From Neocallimastix sp. 'constans' (Eukaryota): a DNA stretch of 64,000 nt. The stretch covers positions 558,001-622,000 of the forward strand of contig JBODTK010000015.1 of the NCBI GenBank assembly GCA_050613775.1. The letters are read 5' to 3'. This document shows, piece by piece, positions 27,324 through 40,770 of the stretch. Within the stretch, counting starts at the first letter, position 1; the number at the start of each line of letters is the position of its first letter. The position numbers were made by a program, and so were the translations under genes. The notes under the pieces are model-generated. The model was not told where the DNA came from. It saw only the letters and a list, made by a program, of their open reading frames with translations, and did not search any database.

Positions 27324-27720
27324 GGGAGAGTTGCATTTCCCCAAATTGCATTTCGCCAGGTTGTATTTCGACAAGTGGCGTAGTATTAAAATGTTGCATT
27401 TCCCCAAGTTGCATTTCCCCATGTTGCTTTTCGCCAGGTTGCATTTCGACAAGTATAGTATTGATATAAATAAATGAATAAATAAATAAATATTAATTCA
27501 AAATATATTTTTTTTTAAAATTGTTTTTATGTGATATTAATAATATTTAATTTTATTTATTGATTATTATTTATATTTAATAATTTTCAATTTGGCGAAA
27601 TGCAACTTGGCGAATTGCAATTTGGCGAAATGCCACATTTTTTTAATACGCCACATGCTTTCAAAAAAATTGGCGAAATGCAATCTGGCGAAATGCAATT
27701 TGGCGAAATGCCCCACACCC
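27324..27720. mobile_element. MULE-type MITE, copy 1
   Basis: GGGAGAGTTGCATTTC...GAAATGCCCCACACCC ends, repeated subterminal GCATTTCGCCA motifs, perfect 9-bp TSD GTTTATTTA. Confidence 0.92.
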
Positions 27721-29028
27721 GTTTATTTATTTTTATTTTATTTTTCAATGTTAAATAGAAATACCTAACCTAATTATTATTTATTGAAGTGTTGTATTTC
27801 GCCAAAAGTTGAATTTCGTCTTCTTATTTCTTATTTTTTTTTTTTTTTTTTTTTTTTTAAGCATTAAAAAATAAAATGTTAATTTATTTTTATTTTATTT
27901 TTCAATGTTTAAAAAAAAAGTTTTCTTATTTCTTATTTTTATATTATTTTTCAATGTTTAAAAAAAAAGTTTTCTTATTTCTTATTTTTATTTTATTTTT
28001 CAATGTTTAAAAAAAAAAGTTTTCTTATTTCTTATTTTTATTTTATTTTTTAAGCATTAAAAAATAAAATGTTTATTTATTTTTTATTTTATTTTTCAAT
28101 GTTAAATAGAAATACCTAACCTAATTATTATTTATTGAAGTGTTGTATTTCGCCAAAAGTTGAATTTCGTCCAGTTAAATTTCGCCAAATTCTTGGTGGC
28201 TTATAAATTTTCGTCATAAAATATCACCACATTTATTATTCACGTCATATTGTGAATATATGGCTTTTTAAAAAATGTAGAAAAAAGCCATAAATTTATG
28301 ATACAATTAGATATACGCCCCACGTAAGATTACGTGTTTGAAAATTTTTGAGAATTGTAATTTTATTTATTTAATTAATTAATTATTATTCATTAAATTT
28401 TTAATAAAATTAAGTGGCTTAAAATTAAAATTATTTAAGCCATACAACAAAATACAAGTTTATGTAATAAAAATTTTCGAAATGCACTCCCCACAACAAA
28501 ATACAAATTTATGTAATAAAAATTTTCGAAATGACACACCCCCTTTCTAACAAATATTATGTAAAAAAATTCATGTATTTTATTTTCATCTATTTAATAA
28601 AGTTTATTCCTACTCTAAAAAAAAAAAAAAAAAAATTATTATTTATTATTTATTATTTATTATTTATTAATAAATACTCTTTTTATTATTCATTATTTAT
28701 TTATAAATACTCTTTTTATTATTTATTATTTATTATTTATTAATAAATACTCTTTTTATTATTTTTATTTATTATTTATTATTTATTAATAAATACTCTT
28801 TTTATTATTTATTATTTATTATTTATTAATAAATACTCTTTTTATTATTTATTATTTATTATTTATTATTTATTATTTATTTATTGTTATTTATTATTTA
28901 TTATTTATTAGCTTTATTAATATTATAATAAATTTATTATACAGTAATTGTATAAAAGGTTAACAGAGAGTAAAATCATACACTAAACATAACCTTTATA
29001 TGGAGTATTTCATTTCGACATAATTTAT

Positions 29029-29420
29029 GGGTGTGGGGCATTTCGCCAAATTGCATTTCGCCAGATTGCATTTCGCCAATTTTTTTAAAAGCATGTGGCG
29101 TATTAAAAAAATGTGGCATTTCGCCAAATTGCAATTCGCCAAGTTGCATTTCGCCAAATTGAAAATTATTAAATAAATAAATCAATAAATAAAATGAAAT
29201 ATTATTAATATCACATAAAAACAATTTTAAAAAAAATATATTTTGAATTAATATTTATTTATTTATTCATTTATTTATATCAATACTATACTTGTCGAAA
29301 TGCAACCTGGCGAAAAGCAACTTGGGGAAATGCAACTTGGGGAAATGCAACATTTTAATACTACGCCACTTGGCGAAATGCAACCTGGCGAAATGCAATT
29401 TGGGGAAATGCAACTCTCCC
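29029..29420. mobile_element. MULE-type MITE, copy 2 (inverted relative to copy 1)
   Basis: Near-identical reverse complement of 27324-27720 with its own 9-bp TSD ATAATTTAT (29020-29028, 29421-29429). Confidence 0.92.
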
Positions 29421-31577
29421 ATAATTTATGTATAATCATTTATTCATATATTACAATGTGGCTTATAAAAATATATGAATAGGATAGGGTTAAATTTTTT
29501 TTTTATAATTTAATTTTATTAACATTTATAGTAAAAAAAAATAAATAATAAAGTAAAATAAAAAAAAAAAAATAATTAAACAAGCACTAAATTTAAAAGT
29601 AATAATTAACTAGAATATATATAGTTTAAATTATATTAATATCAATATCATTATATTTTATTAATATCAATATCAATATTTAAATTTTTTTAATAATAAA
29701 TATTTAATATTAAAATAAATTTTAAAATTTCATTTATTTTATTTAAATAAAATAAAATGAAAAGGTTTTTTTATTAAAATATTTAATAATAAAATATAAT
29801 AATAAAATGAAAATTAATTAAATAATTGAAAATAAATAAAAATAAAATAAAATTCTTAACAGAAAACTTATTTATTCTTTTATTTATTATTTTTTTAGTT
29901 TTTATTTTATTTTTTTAATGCTAAAATACAATAAATAAAAATATACGTTGAACGTTGTGGCACATTACATCATTTATACGAATTGTACAAATATATATAC
30001 TGATTATACATAAATTATGTCGAAATGCACCACATTGAATGTGGTCCATTTCGCCAATTTTTTTTTGAAATTTTAATAAGCCATCTATTTATTTGTGGCT
30101 TTTAAAATTTATATTATTACGCCATAAAATTTAATATAATTTTAAGTAAAAAAGAAATAAATGTATAAATAAATAAGTAAATAAATAAATAAATAAAAAT
30201 TAAAAAGGTCAATAAAAAATAAAATATTTTTATATAATTTTTTTTTTTTTGACAATCATGTTATAAGGAAAATGATAAATAATTATTTTCCTTATAACCT
30301 TATTTTTTATATTTTATTATTAATATTTATATTATATTTTTATATTTTATATTTTATTATTGATATTATATTTTTATATTTTTCTATTAATATTATATTT
30401 TTATATTTTTATATTTTTATATTTTATTATTAATATCAATATAATATTTTTATATTTTATTATTAAAAAATTTTATTTTATAAATTTATATTTAAATTAA
30501 TATTATTTAAAATATTAATTTTTCATATTATAACTAAAACTTTAGTTGTTATTATAACATCTTAATAATAGAATTAAACCTTTTATTTTATATATAATTT
30601 ATAAATAAAATATTAAATAATAATAAAAATTACAAAATAATATTTTTATAAGACTTAAATTATAGCTGTAAATTGAAATTTCAAAAATTAAAATTTGTTG
30701 TTCACATTTCAATTACTATTTATATATTACAGCAACCGTTTTGTAGAGATATATAAATAGGTTTTTTACACATATGAATTCACATGTCTATCACATATTA
30801 TATATATGGGCTTGTAAAGAACATATATACTTTGGTATATATATCTTATACTATATCAGTACGACGTCAGCGCTCAAAATTCCTAAGCAGAGGTAGCTCC
30901 AGTAGACATGTCTTGCCAAATAACATCCGTGTTATCCTATAGAAATTGAACTCGTAACCCTCACAGTATAGGCTATACAACTACACTAAGATGCCATGGG
31001 TGATCAAATATAGAAATTAAATACGTGGCAATCCAATAATGGTAGGAGCGGAATTAATACTTACCTGAAATTGTGCCATTATAACCCCTTTACCCTTTCT
31101 CCAAACCCTATCGGGAAAATCAGATAAAGAATAGATACCAAATGATTATTAAGTCCGCCACATAACAACCAGTAGAAAGCCCAGTTCTACTTTATATGCT
31201 AAAAAATGCTATATATATTTGTTGTTTTAAAAAGACTTAAAAGTTAATAATTTAATTAGATTATAATATAAATAAAATAATTAATTAATTCATAAATTCT
31301 GTATTAGTATATATTAAAAAAAATAATTAATATTAATTTAGAATAAATAAATAATTAAATTTTTTTTATATACATTAAATAAATAATTTATTTTTCTTTA
31401 TGTATCTGTTTTTTTTTTAAAAAAAATTAAAAGAAAAAGAAATAATTAAAATACTTTTTATCTTTTAAAAAAAATTGAATATTTAATTGTTCAGAATTAA
31501 TATTAAAAAATAATATTTAGATAATTAATATAATAATTTAAAAGATATAATTAAAAACTATATATTAAAATTTATAA

Positions 31578-32999
31578 ATGGAAGAAAACATAACTATTTA
31601 TATAAGTGAGTCTAATAAAGGAGAAGAACAAATCATTATTAATAAACAATATAAATTTAATTTTTCACATTCAAGGAAAGATAATTCAAGAGTTTATAAA
31701 TGTACCAAATATAAAAAAAATAATAAATGTAAATCTTTTATTATTTTAAATAATGAGAAAGAAATCTTAAAATATGAGAGTTTACATAATCATCCTGGAA
31801 ACGAATACAGTGTATCCCTATCTGTAATGAAACATAAAATTAAAGATGAAATTAAAAAACATTCAAATCCTTTTGATATAAAACGAAAAAGACCATATAA
31901 TGAAATTTCTAAAGAAATGGGATTTATATATCCGTGTCCAGAATATATTTCAGTTAAAACTCTAATATTAAGAAGTATTAATAAAAAACTACCATCCAAT
32001 GTAACAACTTTTAATGAAATTCCTAATGAATCTGAATATTATAAAACTGAACGAAATGAAGATTTTATGATATTCAAAAATTCTGATTTAGTAATTTTTC
32101 AATCCCCTTTTCAAGCAAAATTATTTAAGAAATATAATAATGATATATTTGTGGATGGTACTTTTTATATCGCACCTAAATTTAGTCAACAAGTGTTTAT
32201 TACTAGAACTTACGTTAAAGAATTGAATAGTTTTTATACTACTTCTTATGCAATATTAAGAAATAAAAAGCAAAAAACATATAAAATGTTATTCAATAAA
32301 TTAAAACAAAATTCTAATAATAATATTATAACTGAACCAAAAAATGTACATTGCGATTTTGAAAAAGGCATATCTAAAGCAGTTAAAAAAATATTTCCTA
32401 ATATAAATATTAAATACTGTATTTGGCATTATAAAAATTTATTAGAAATTAAAAAAAATGAATTGTGCCGTAATGAAGTGAACGATGATGAAAAAATATT
32501 TAATTATTACAAAGGAATTTCAAACTTACCATTTATCAACCCTGAATACATAATGGATATTTTTTCATTAATTAAAACTAAATCCATTGAAAAAAATTCT
32601 TGTCAATTTTTAAAATTTTTAGAATATTTTTATGAAACATATTTAATTGGTTACGATATGAAAAGTTGGAATTATTATAATAATATTGAACATATAACCA
32701 ATAATGCTTCAGAATCACTCAATAATTCTTTAAATAAACTATTTCCAATGAAACCAAATTTTTATGAATTAATAAATAAATTAAAAGAACAGGAACATTT
32801 ATTATATTATGATTACCAAATGAAAATAAAAGGAATTTGGAGAATGAAAAAAAAAATAAAAACAAAAACTGATGAAATTAATATCTTAATTGATAAATAC
32901 AAAAATAAAGAAGCCAAGTTAATTAATATTAAATATGATAGAAGTGATCTTACTAAATTGTGGTTTGAATGTTTAACTAATTTAAATAATATTTTATAA
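31578..32999 (+). CDS. MULE transposase, 473 aa (FLYWCH-like zinc finger plus DDE domain)
   Basis: Uninterrupted ORF with YKC..C..HNH, VDGTF, HCDFE, YCIWHYK (CxxH) and TNNASESLN. Confidence 0.93.
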   Translation: MEENITIYISESNKGEEQIIINKQYKFNFSHSRKDNSRVYKCTKYKKNNKCKSFIILNNEKEILKYESLHNHPGNEYSVSLSVMKHKIKDEIKKHSNPFDIKRKRPYNEISKEMGFIYPCPEYISVKTLILRSINKKLPSNVTTFNEIPNESEYYKTERNEDFMIFKNSDLVIFQSPFQAKLFKKYNNDIFVDGTFYIAPKFSQQVFITRTYVKELNSFYTTSYAILRNKKQKTYKMLFNKLKQNSNNNIITEPKNVHCDFEKGISKAVKKIFPNINIKYCIWHYKNLLEIKKNELCRNEVNDDEKIFNYYKGISNLPFINPEYIMDIFSLIKTKSIEKNSCQFLKFLEYFYETYLIGYDMKSWNYYNNIEHITNNASESLNNSLNKLFPMKPNFYELINKLKEQEHLLYYDYQMKIKGIWRMKKKIKTKTDEINILIDKYKNKEAKLINIKYDRSDLTKLWFECLTNLNNIL

Positions 33000-33364
33000 A
33001 TATTATTTAATAATAAATAATTATGAAATGACAGAGGAATTTCCAAAAGAAAAAATCATTAAAATTCTTTCATACAAAAACTTATAATTAAATTTATTAA
33101 TTAAAATTATTAAAAAGTTAAAATGTTTATATACTTGATAAAATTTATGTAGTTTAAATAAATATTCTATAATTTTATTATTATAATTTATTTTATTAAT
33201 AATTGTTTAAATATTTTATTAATATTTTTTTTAAAATAAATAATCCTATATTTTTATACTTTATTATTAATATCAATAATATATTTTTATATTTTTATAT
33301 TTTATTATTAATGTTTATAATTAATTTTATTAATAATTGTTTAAATATTTTATTAATTTTTTTT

Positions 33365-34065
33365 TAAAATAAATAAATCTATATAATTGTTAAAGTATTT
33401 TATTCATATTTTTTTTAAATAAATAAATCTATATAATTGTTAAAGTATTTTATTAATATTTTTTTTAAATAAATAAATCTATATAATTGCTAAAGTATTT
33501 TATTAATAGTTGTTTAAATATTTTATTAATATTTTTTAAATAAATAAATCTATATAATTGTTAAAGTATTTTATTAATATTTTTTTTAAATAAATAAATC
33601 TATATAATTGTTAAAGTATTTTATTAATATTTTTTTTTAAATAAATAAATCTATATAATTGTTAAAGTATTTTATTAATATTTTTTTTAAATAAATAAAT
33701 CTATATAATTGTTAAAGTATTTTATTAATATTTTTTTTAAATAAATAAATCTATATAATTGTTAAAGTATTTTATTAATATTTTTTTTAAATAAATAAAT
33801 CTATATAATTGTTAAAGTATTTTATTAATATTTTTTTTAAATAAATAAATCTATATAATTGTTAAAGTATTTTATTAATTTTTTTTTTTAAATAAATAAA
33901 TCTATATAATTGTTAAAATATTTTATTAATATTTTTTTTAAATAAATAAATCTATATAATTGCTAAAGTATTTTATTAATAGTTGTTTAAATATTTTATT
34001 AATATTTTTTAAATAAATAAATCTATATAATTGTTAAAGTATTTTATTAATATTTTTTTTTTTTA
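33365..34065. repeat. ~50-60-bp AT-rich tandem repeat, about a dozen copies, inside the MULE
   Basis: Core AAATAAATCTATATAATTGTTAAAGTATTTTATTAATATTTTTTT. Confidence 0.9.
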
Positions 34066-34351
34066 AAATAAACCTTTTAATTGTTTGAATATTTTATTTT
34101 ATTTTTTTTTTTTGTAAAAAAATATTTATTTTTATCTAACCATTATAATTTATTTAATTATTCACTTAATAAATTTTATGAAAAAAATTACAAATTAATA
34201 ATACAACAAAATAGTATCATATAACTATTAATTTAAAAAGCCTCAAAATTTGATATATCACGTGAAAAATTTGGCGATTTGGACCTCTCCCCACCACATT
34301 CATTCCCTTTATATAATACATCATGTGATTTATAAATGTGATATAATTTAC

Positions 34352-36833
34352 GAATGTGAAGCATTTTGACATAATTTATGTATAATCATCATAAAATTTT
34401 GTACAATGTGTATAATATATGTAATACGCCACTATTTTCAATTTATATTTTTATTTATTGTTTTTTAGCATTAAAAAAATAAAATAAAAACAAAAAAAAA
34501 GAATAAATAAATGAATAAATGTATTTTAGCATTAAAAAAATAAAATAAAAACAAAAAAAGAATAAATTTTCTGTTGAGAATTTTATTTTATTTTTATTTT
34601 TTTTTAATTTTATTTTATTATTATATTTTATTATTAAATATTTTAATAATAAAACCTTTCCATTTTATTTTATTCAAATAAAATAAATAAAATTATATAT
34701 TTTATTATTAAATTAATTAAATAATAAAATAAAATTTATTATAATATTAAATATTTATTATTAATAAAATTTAAATATTGATATTGATATTAATAAAATA
34801 TTTTGATATTGATATTAATGAAATATTTTGATATTGATATTAATGAAATATTTTGACATTGATATTAATAAAATATATTGATATTGATATAAATATAATT
34901 TAAACTATATATATTCTAATTAATTATTATTCATATATTTAGAGTGTATTTAATTCTATTAAACATTTATACCATAAATCAATGATATCATTTTTTCACA
35001 TTTTTTATCAATTAATCGGATTCCTTTTTTTTTGTATTTTTTAATGAAATCATTGATTTCATCAGTTTTTGTTAATATTCTTTTTTTTTTTTTCCAAACT
35101 CCTTCAATTTTCCTTTTGTAATTATTGTAAGATAAAGATTCTTCTCTTTTTAAATGATAAATCAATTCATAGAAAGAAGGTTTTTTGTAAAACAATTTTT
35201 TTAAGTAATTGTTAAAAGATTCTGAAGCATTATTTGTTATGTGGTTTACATCGTTATAATAATTCCAATATTGAATATCATATTTATATAAATAAGTCTT
35301 ATTAAAATATTCCAAAAAATTTAAAAAATTGAAATAATTATATATTTGACATATAATTTTAATATAATTATAAATATCAAATATATATTCAGGATTTATA
35401 AAAGGAAAATTTGTAATAGCTTTATATAACAAATAAATTTTATGATTATTTTCAACTTCATTATAACAAAATTTATTTTTTTGAACTTCAAACGATCTTT
35501 TATAATGCCATACACAATATTTAATAGTAATATTATGAAATATTTTAATGGAAGCATTGGATATACTCTTTTCAAAATCACAAAGCAAAATTTTTGGTAT
35601 AACTATAATATTATTAATATAATTACTTATAATATTATTATTATAATTACTTTCATTCTTTTTTAATTCTTCAAATAACAATTCATAGGTTGCTTGTTCT
35701 TTATTATTTAATATAGATAGTGATGTAGTATAAAAACTATTTATTTCTGGAGCAAATACTCTTGTTATAAACACTTGATAACCAAATATTGGTGCAATAT
35801 AAAATGTACCATCAGCAAACATATGTTCGTTGTATTTTATAGACAATTCTGTTTGGAATGGGGAATGATGATTGAAAAATTATAATATTAGAATTTTTGT
35901 ATATCATAAAATTTTCATCTCTTTCGTTTATATAATATTCAGATTTATCTGGAATTTCATTAAATTTTGATATATATCAGGAGGTAGTTGTTTTTTAATA
36001 TATCTTGATATTTGGGATTTAATTGAAATATATTCAGGGCATATCAATCCAATTTCTTCAAATATTTCATTATATATGTTTTGGATTTATATCAAATGGG
36101 AATGAGGTTTTTCTTATTTCATTTTTCATTTTATGTTTTACTATTGATACAGATGCTTCATATTTTTTTCCTGGATGAGTATGTTTGTTTTCATATTTTA
36201 TTACTTTATTATTATCATTTAGAATAATGTAAGATTTATATTTTTTAACTGTTTTACATTTAGTATATTGGAATATTTTTGTATTATTCGTTATATACCA
36301 TAAATTAAATTTATATTTTCTATTTACAATGATTTGGTTTTTTTCTTTATTAGTTTCACTTATTTCTAATTGATCATCCATTTATTATAAATATTTTAAA
36401 TTAAAAGTTTTATTTTTTATATTTTAATTTTTTTTGTTTTAATCTATTTTTTTTTATCTTTTATTTTATTCTTTTTTTTTTTTTTTTTTTTTTTATTTTT
36501 TATTTTACTTTATTATTTATTTTTTTATTTTATATTTTACTTTTTTTTATATATTTTATATTTTATAATTTACTTTTATTTATTTTTTTTTTATTTTTTA
36601 TTTTACTTTATTCTTTATTTTTTTTATTTTTTATTTATTTTTTATTTACTTTATTATATATATATATATTTTTTTTACTGTAAATGTTTTTAAAATTAAA
36701 AAAAAAAAAAATAAAAATAAAAATAAAAATAAAAATAAATTTAACCCTATTCCTATTCATTTATTTTTACAAGCCACATTGTAATACATGAATAAATGAT
36801 CAAACATAAATTATGTCGAAATGCAATACTCCC
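34352..36833 (-). mobile_element. MULE DNA transposon with a defective transposase
   Basis: TIRs GAATGTGAAGCATTTTGACATAATTTATG / CATAAATTATGTCGAAATGCAATACTCCC, perfect 9-bp TSD ATAATTTAC (34343-34351, 36834-36842). Confidence 0.9.
34939..36381 (-). pseudogene. Disrupted MULE transposase
   Basis: ORFs 36070-36381 and 34959-35846: ADGTF, CDFE, YCVWHYK, TNNASESFN. Confidence 0.9.
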
Positions 36834-37106
36834 ATAATTTACATAAAATAAATTAAAAAGCATTAAAATAGATTTATGTGGGGAGAGCGCGTTTCGGAAC
36901 CGCACGTTAATATATATAAGCCACATACTTTTTGAGATGGCGTATTATATATAAATTTTTTTATATAAATAAATAATTAAATAATAATTAAATAAATACT
37001 TTATTATATAATAATTTCATAATTTAATATATATATATTTGATAATAAAAAGTAAAAAAATAAAAAAAAAAAAAAAAATAAAAATATAAAATAAAAAATA
37101 AAAAAA

Positions 37107-38750
37107 TTAAATATTATCAAATCTCATAATTTGTAAATATTCTTTAATAATTTTCTGGATGTTATTGTTCTTTTCTTCAATTTCACTCAAACATTTCAAT
37201 AATTTGTTCAATTTACAATTTGTTTTATTTATTTTATCTTGAAATGATTCAATTATATATTTATCTGTCGTAACAGGATTTTCATTTTCATAATTTTGGT
37301 AATTATTCGAAATATTATTTTTATTCATACTTGCTATTTCATTATTATGTATATTATTATTCATACTTGCTATTTCATTATTGCGTATGTTACTATTTAT
37401 ACCTAAATTCTTATAGTTACTGTTATTATATTCATTGCTATCATAAATTCCATTAATAAAATAATTATTTAAATCATAATTAATATTATTTTCTTTTTGA
37501 AAAATATTTGTGTTTTCTGTTTTATTCGGTGTGTTATTATTTTTATTACAATGATTTGTGTCATAATTGAATTTTCTTGTATCATCTATAGTTTTAAATA
37601 TTAAATATTGATTATCATTATTATCTTCTTTTTCTTCTTCTGAAGTGGTGCTTATTTCATATAAATTTATTTCTTTGATACTATTTTCAGGTTCAATTAA
37701 ATTTGTTTCCATTATACTATTTTCAGTTTCAATTAAATTTATTTCTTTTATCTTAACTATACTACTATCGCTATCCGAATCACTGTCGTAACATAATTCA
37801 ATGTCATTTATCTCATCAACTGAAATATTTAATTTTTGGAATTGTTCTGCTATGTGTTTAATATTGTTATGAGGATTCTTAGGGTTAAAGGGGCAGTTGT
37901 AAACTAAATGGTTTTCACTATCACATAAATAACAGCGCTTTTTCTTATTATTTATACTTCTTTTATTATTGAATTTCTCGCAGATATCGTCTTCATCACA
38001 ACTTTCGTAATTATTGCCTTTGTCTTTATTTTTATTCTTATTTTTTCCTTTAGATATTTGTGATATTTCTTTTTCTTTTTCTTTATTTTTTCCTAGGATA
38101 AAGGTTCTACTATTTCTAATTTACTTCTTCATATCTTCTAATATTTCATTGACGTCTTCTGAGATACTGTATCTTATTTCTAAGAAATTTAATTGTTTCT
38201 CTGGTAGTCCTTTAAACAAGTGGTTTAATTTTTCCCTATTGCTAAGTTTATTATTTAATTTTCCTAACTTTTGCGTGATTTCTAAAAATTCTTCGATGTA
38301 TTCTAAAGTTTCTTTATCGCTTCCGGCCCTCATATTTTCTAATCTTCTGTAGAGTTTTGATATTTCATTGAATTCTTCTTCGTGGTATTTCTTCTTGAGT
38401 ACCTTTAATATTAAGTATGCTGAATTTTTTTCTTCTTCCTTACTTCTAATAAAGAATTTTATTTTTGCATCAACAGATTTTCTTAAAAAACTCATAACTT
38501 TGAAGTTGTTTATTTTATGTTCCTTAATTTTGTTTTCACCTTCTTCAGATAAGATATCATTTCCCTTTTTATCTTTGGTTGTATATTTCTTCTCTACTTC
38601 TTTTACTATATCATCTATGTTTTTTTCTACGTATTCACTTAATCCAACGCCTTGGAGTTCGAGGATAAAGTCTTCATACCATTCATCGTAGTTATCTTCT
38701 GTTAGGACATATTCCATCCTATTAAGAACTATTCTAGTTGTTCCGGTCAT
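37107..38750 (-). pseudogene. Ty1/copia-like gag with one in-frame stop (38121-38123); no pol follows
   Basis: LTEDNYDEW..L...GLSEYV is a copia gag-type N-terminus. The same frame continues to CYLCDSENHLVYNC (CCHC, ~37895-37937) and into ORF 37107-37712. Confidence 0.8.
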
Positions 38751-39066
38751 TTTATAAATGTATTAATATATTACTAATTACTATTTCTAAATACTAATTA
38801 CTAAATTATATAAGAAACATTCAAATACTAATTTCCTAATTCTGATGTGTTTCTTATTTACTTATATGTATATTTAAGTGTTGTTAATCTTAAATATCCT
38901 AATTATACTATGTTGCTAAATTACTAAATTACTAAATTACTAAATTGCTAAATGCTAAATTACTAAATTACTAAATTAATAAGTTACTAAGTTATTAAAT
39001 TACTAAATTACTAAATTTCCTAATTAACTAAGTATTCTAAATTTCTATACAAACTTATCCAGTCAA

Positions 39067-39081
39067 ATGAGACTCTTAATC
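39067..39081 (-). promoter_or_regulatory. PBS complementary to the anticodon arm of tRNA-Lys(CTT)
   Basis: Minus strand GATTAAGAGTCTCAT directly after the LTR-terminal CA. The plus strand ATGAGACTCTTAATC matches the eukaryotic tRNA-Lys(CTT) anticodon stem-loop as I recall it. Confidence 0.75.
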
Positions 39082-39440
39082 TGCTAAAAATCTCAATATT
39101 TATTTATTTATTAACTTTATTTATTTGAAGCAAAAGGCTTATTTTTTAAGAATACATAATTTAATGTTATTTATACATACAAAATACATTTGATGGATCA
39201 TACATATTTTAATACATTAAATACATGCTTTAATATTAACTATATAAAAGAGGTTTATAAAAATAAAAATTTTTAAAACTATATTCATAAACTATATAAA
39301 CTATATATTAATATAATATATTCTATTTATTTATTATAAACTATTTAATATTTAAAATTAAAATAAAAGTTGTAATAAAATAAAAATATTAATTAAAATG
39401 TTAATTAAATTTATAAACTAAAAATACTAATTTTCTAACA
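39082..39440 (-). repeat. Probable 5' LTR of the copia element
   Basis: TGCTAAAAA...TTTTCTAACA imperfect inverted ends next to the PBS. No partner LTR in the window. Confidence 0.65.
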
Positions 39441-39886
39441 TTTTTCAACACAATTATATTAATTTTTTATATAATTTATTATTTTTATTACTATTACTAA
39501 TATTCATAACCCCTAACCATGTTTATATATATATATATAAATATATTACTTTTAGTTAAAAAATTCCAAATAAGGAAGTATCAAAACTTTAAAATGAATG
39601 TGTGATTTTAGTCGACTATTAGCCAATAAAATGCAAAGATCTTTTATAAATTTTTTTGAAAATATTACATAATTTCCAGTATTTGTTAAATTGTTGACAT
39701 TTTACAAATAGGAATAGTTACACAAAATTTAAACCAAAGATTTTTTTTTTTTTTTAATTATAAATATTACAGAATGGATTTAAAGTTTTAAGAATGCTTC
39801 AAAGAAAATAATAGAATACAGAATATATAGAATAACTATAAATTATATTATAAATTGATTTTAATACATTACGGTGTATTGAAAAA

Positions 39887-39921
<35 letters not shown>

Positions 39922-40571
39922 ATAGATAAATAAATAAATAAATAAATAGATAAATAAATAAATAGATAAATAAATAAATAATATTTTTAATTATTCATCA
40001 CCAAACAAAAAAAAAAATATTTAGTATTTGTAATTAATAATTAATTTAACTTTTATATTGTTTTTAATTTCATTTTTCATTTTATTTTTCATTTTATTTT
40101 TCTTCCTACAAAAATATTTAATACTATTCATGTTCATATTTATATTTATATTCATATTTATATTCATATTCATATTCATGTTCATATTTATATTTATATT
40201 ATTAATAAAATAATGTTATATATTGAAAAATAAATATTTAAATACTATTTTTATTATTAAAGTCATATAATATTATTGTATATAAATATAATATTTTTAT
40301 TATACTCTTATTTATTATTATTATTTATTTATTTATCAATTTATTAATTTATTAATTTATTAATTTATTTATTTATTATATATTTTTTTTCCTCTTTTCT
40401 TTTTATTATAAAAATTCTCTCTTTTATATAATATAAAATAATAATAATAATATTAATTTATAATTTTTACAATAAAAGTTTTATTTAAAATTAATAACTT
40501 TATAATATTTAAACTAAAATATAAATTTCGTTATTTTTTAATTTTTTTTTTTAATTGTTACTTAACTTAAT

Positions 40572-40770
40572 TTTTAGTAAAATCATTATCTGTTTCTCAG
40601 TATTTTTTTATCTTTCCATTTATATCTAATTTTAATAATTTTAGTAAAATCATTATCTGTTTCTCAGTATTTTTTTATCTTTCCATTTATATCTAATTTT
40701 AATAATTTTAGTAAAATCATTATCTGTTTCTCAGTATTTTTTTATCTTTCCATTTATATCTAATTTTAAT
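40572..40770. repeat. ~66-bp tandem repeat, 3 copies
   Basis: Unit TTTAGTAAAATCATTATCTGTTTCTCAGTATTTTTTATCTTTCCATTTATATCTAATTTTAATAA. Confidence 0.9.

Larger units (their letters stand above)
30037..34291 (+). mobile_element. MULE DNA transposon with an intact transposase ORF
   Basis: Imperfect TIRs GAATGTGGTCCATTTCGCCAA / TTGGCGATTTGGACCTCTCCC, 9-bp TSD CACCACATT (30028-30036, 34292-34300). Confidence 0.85.
29002..34305 (+). mobile_element. Internally deleted non-autonomous MULE (own sequence ~0.65 kb) carrying two nested insertions
   Basis: 9-bp TSD CCTTTATAT (28993-29001, 34306-34314). 29002-29028 plus 29430-30036 is inverted-homologous to both ends of the 34352-36833 element but lacks the transposase. 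Confidence 0.75.

Noticed and set aside
27324..29420. The two inverted ~395-bp repeats as TIRs of one large element
   Set aside because: Each has its own distinct 9-bp TSD, so they are independent MITE insertions. ORFs 28976-29224 and 29300-29482 are artefacts of their internal repeats.
31057..31067. ATACTTACCTG, identical to the U1 snRNA 5' end
   Set aside because: No U1 loop I (GATCAC-like), loop II (ATTGCAC) or Sm site follows. It is better read as a minus-strand splice donor.
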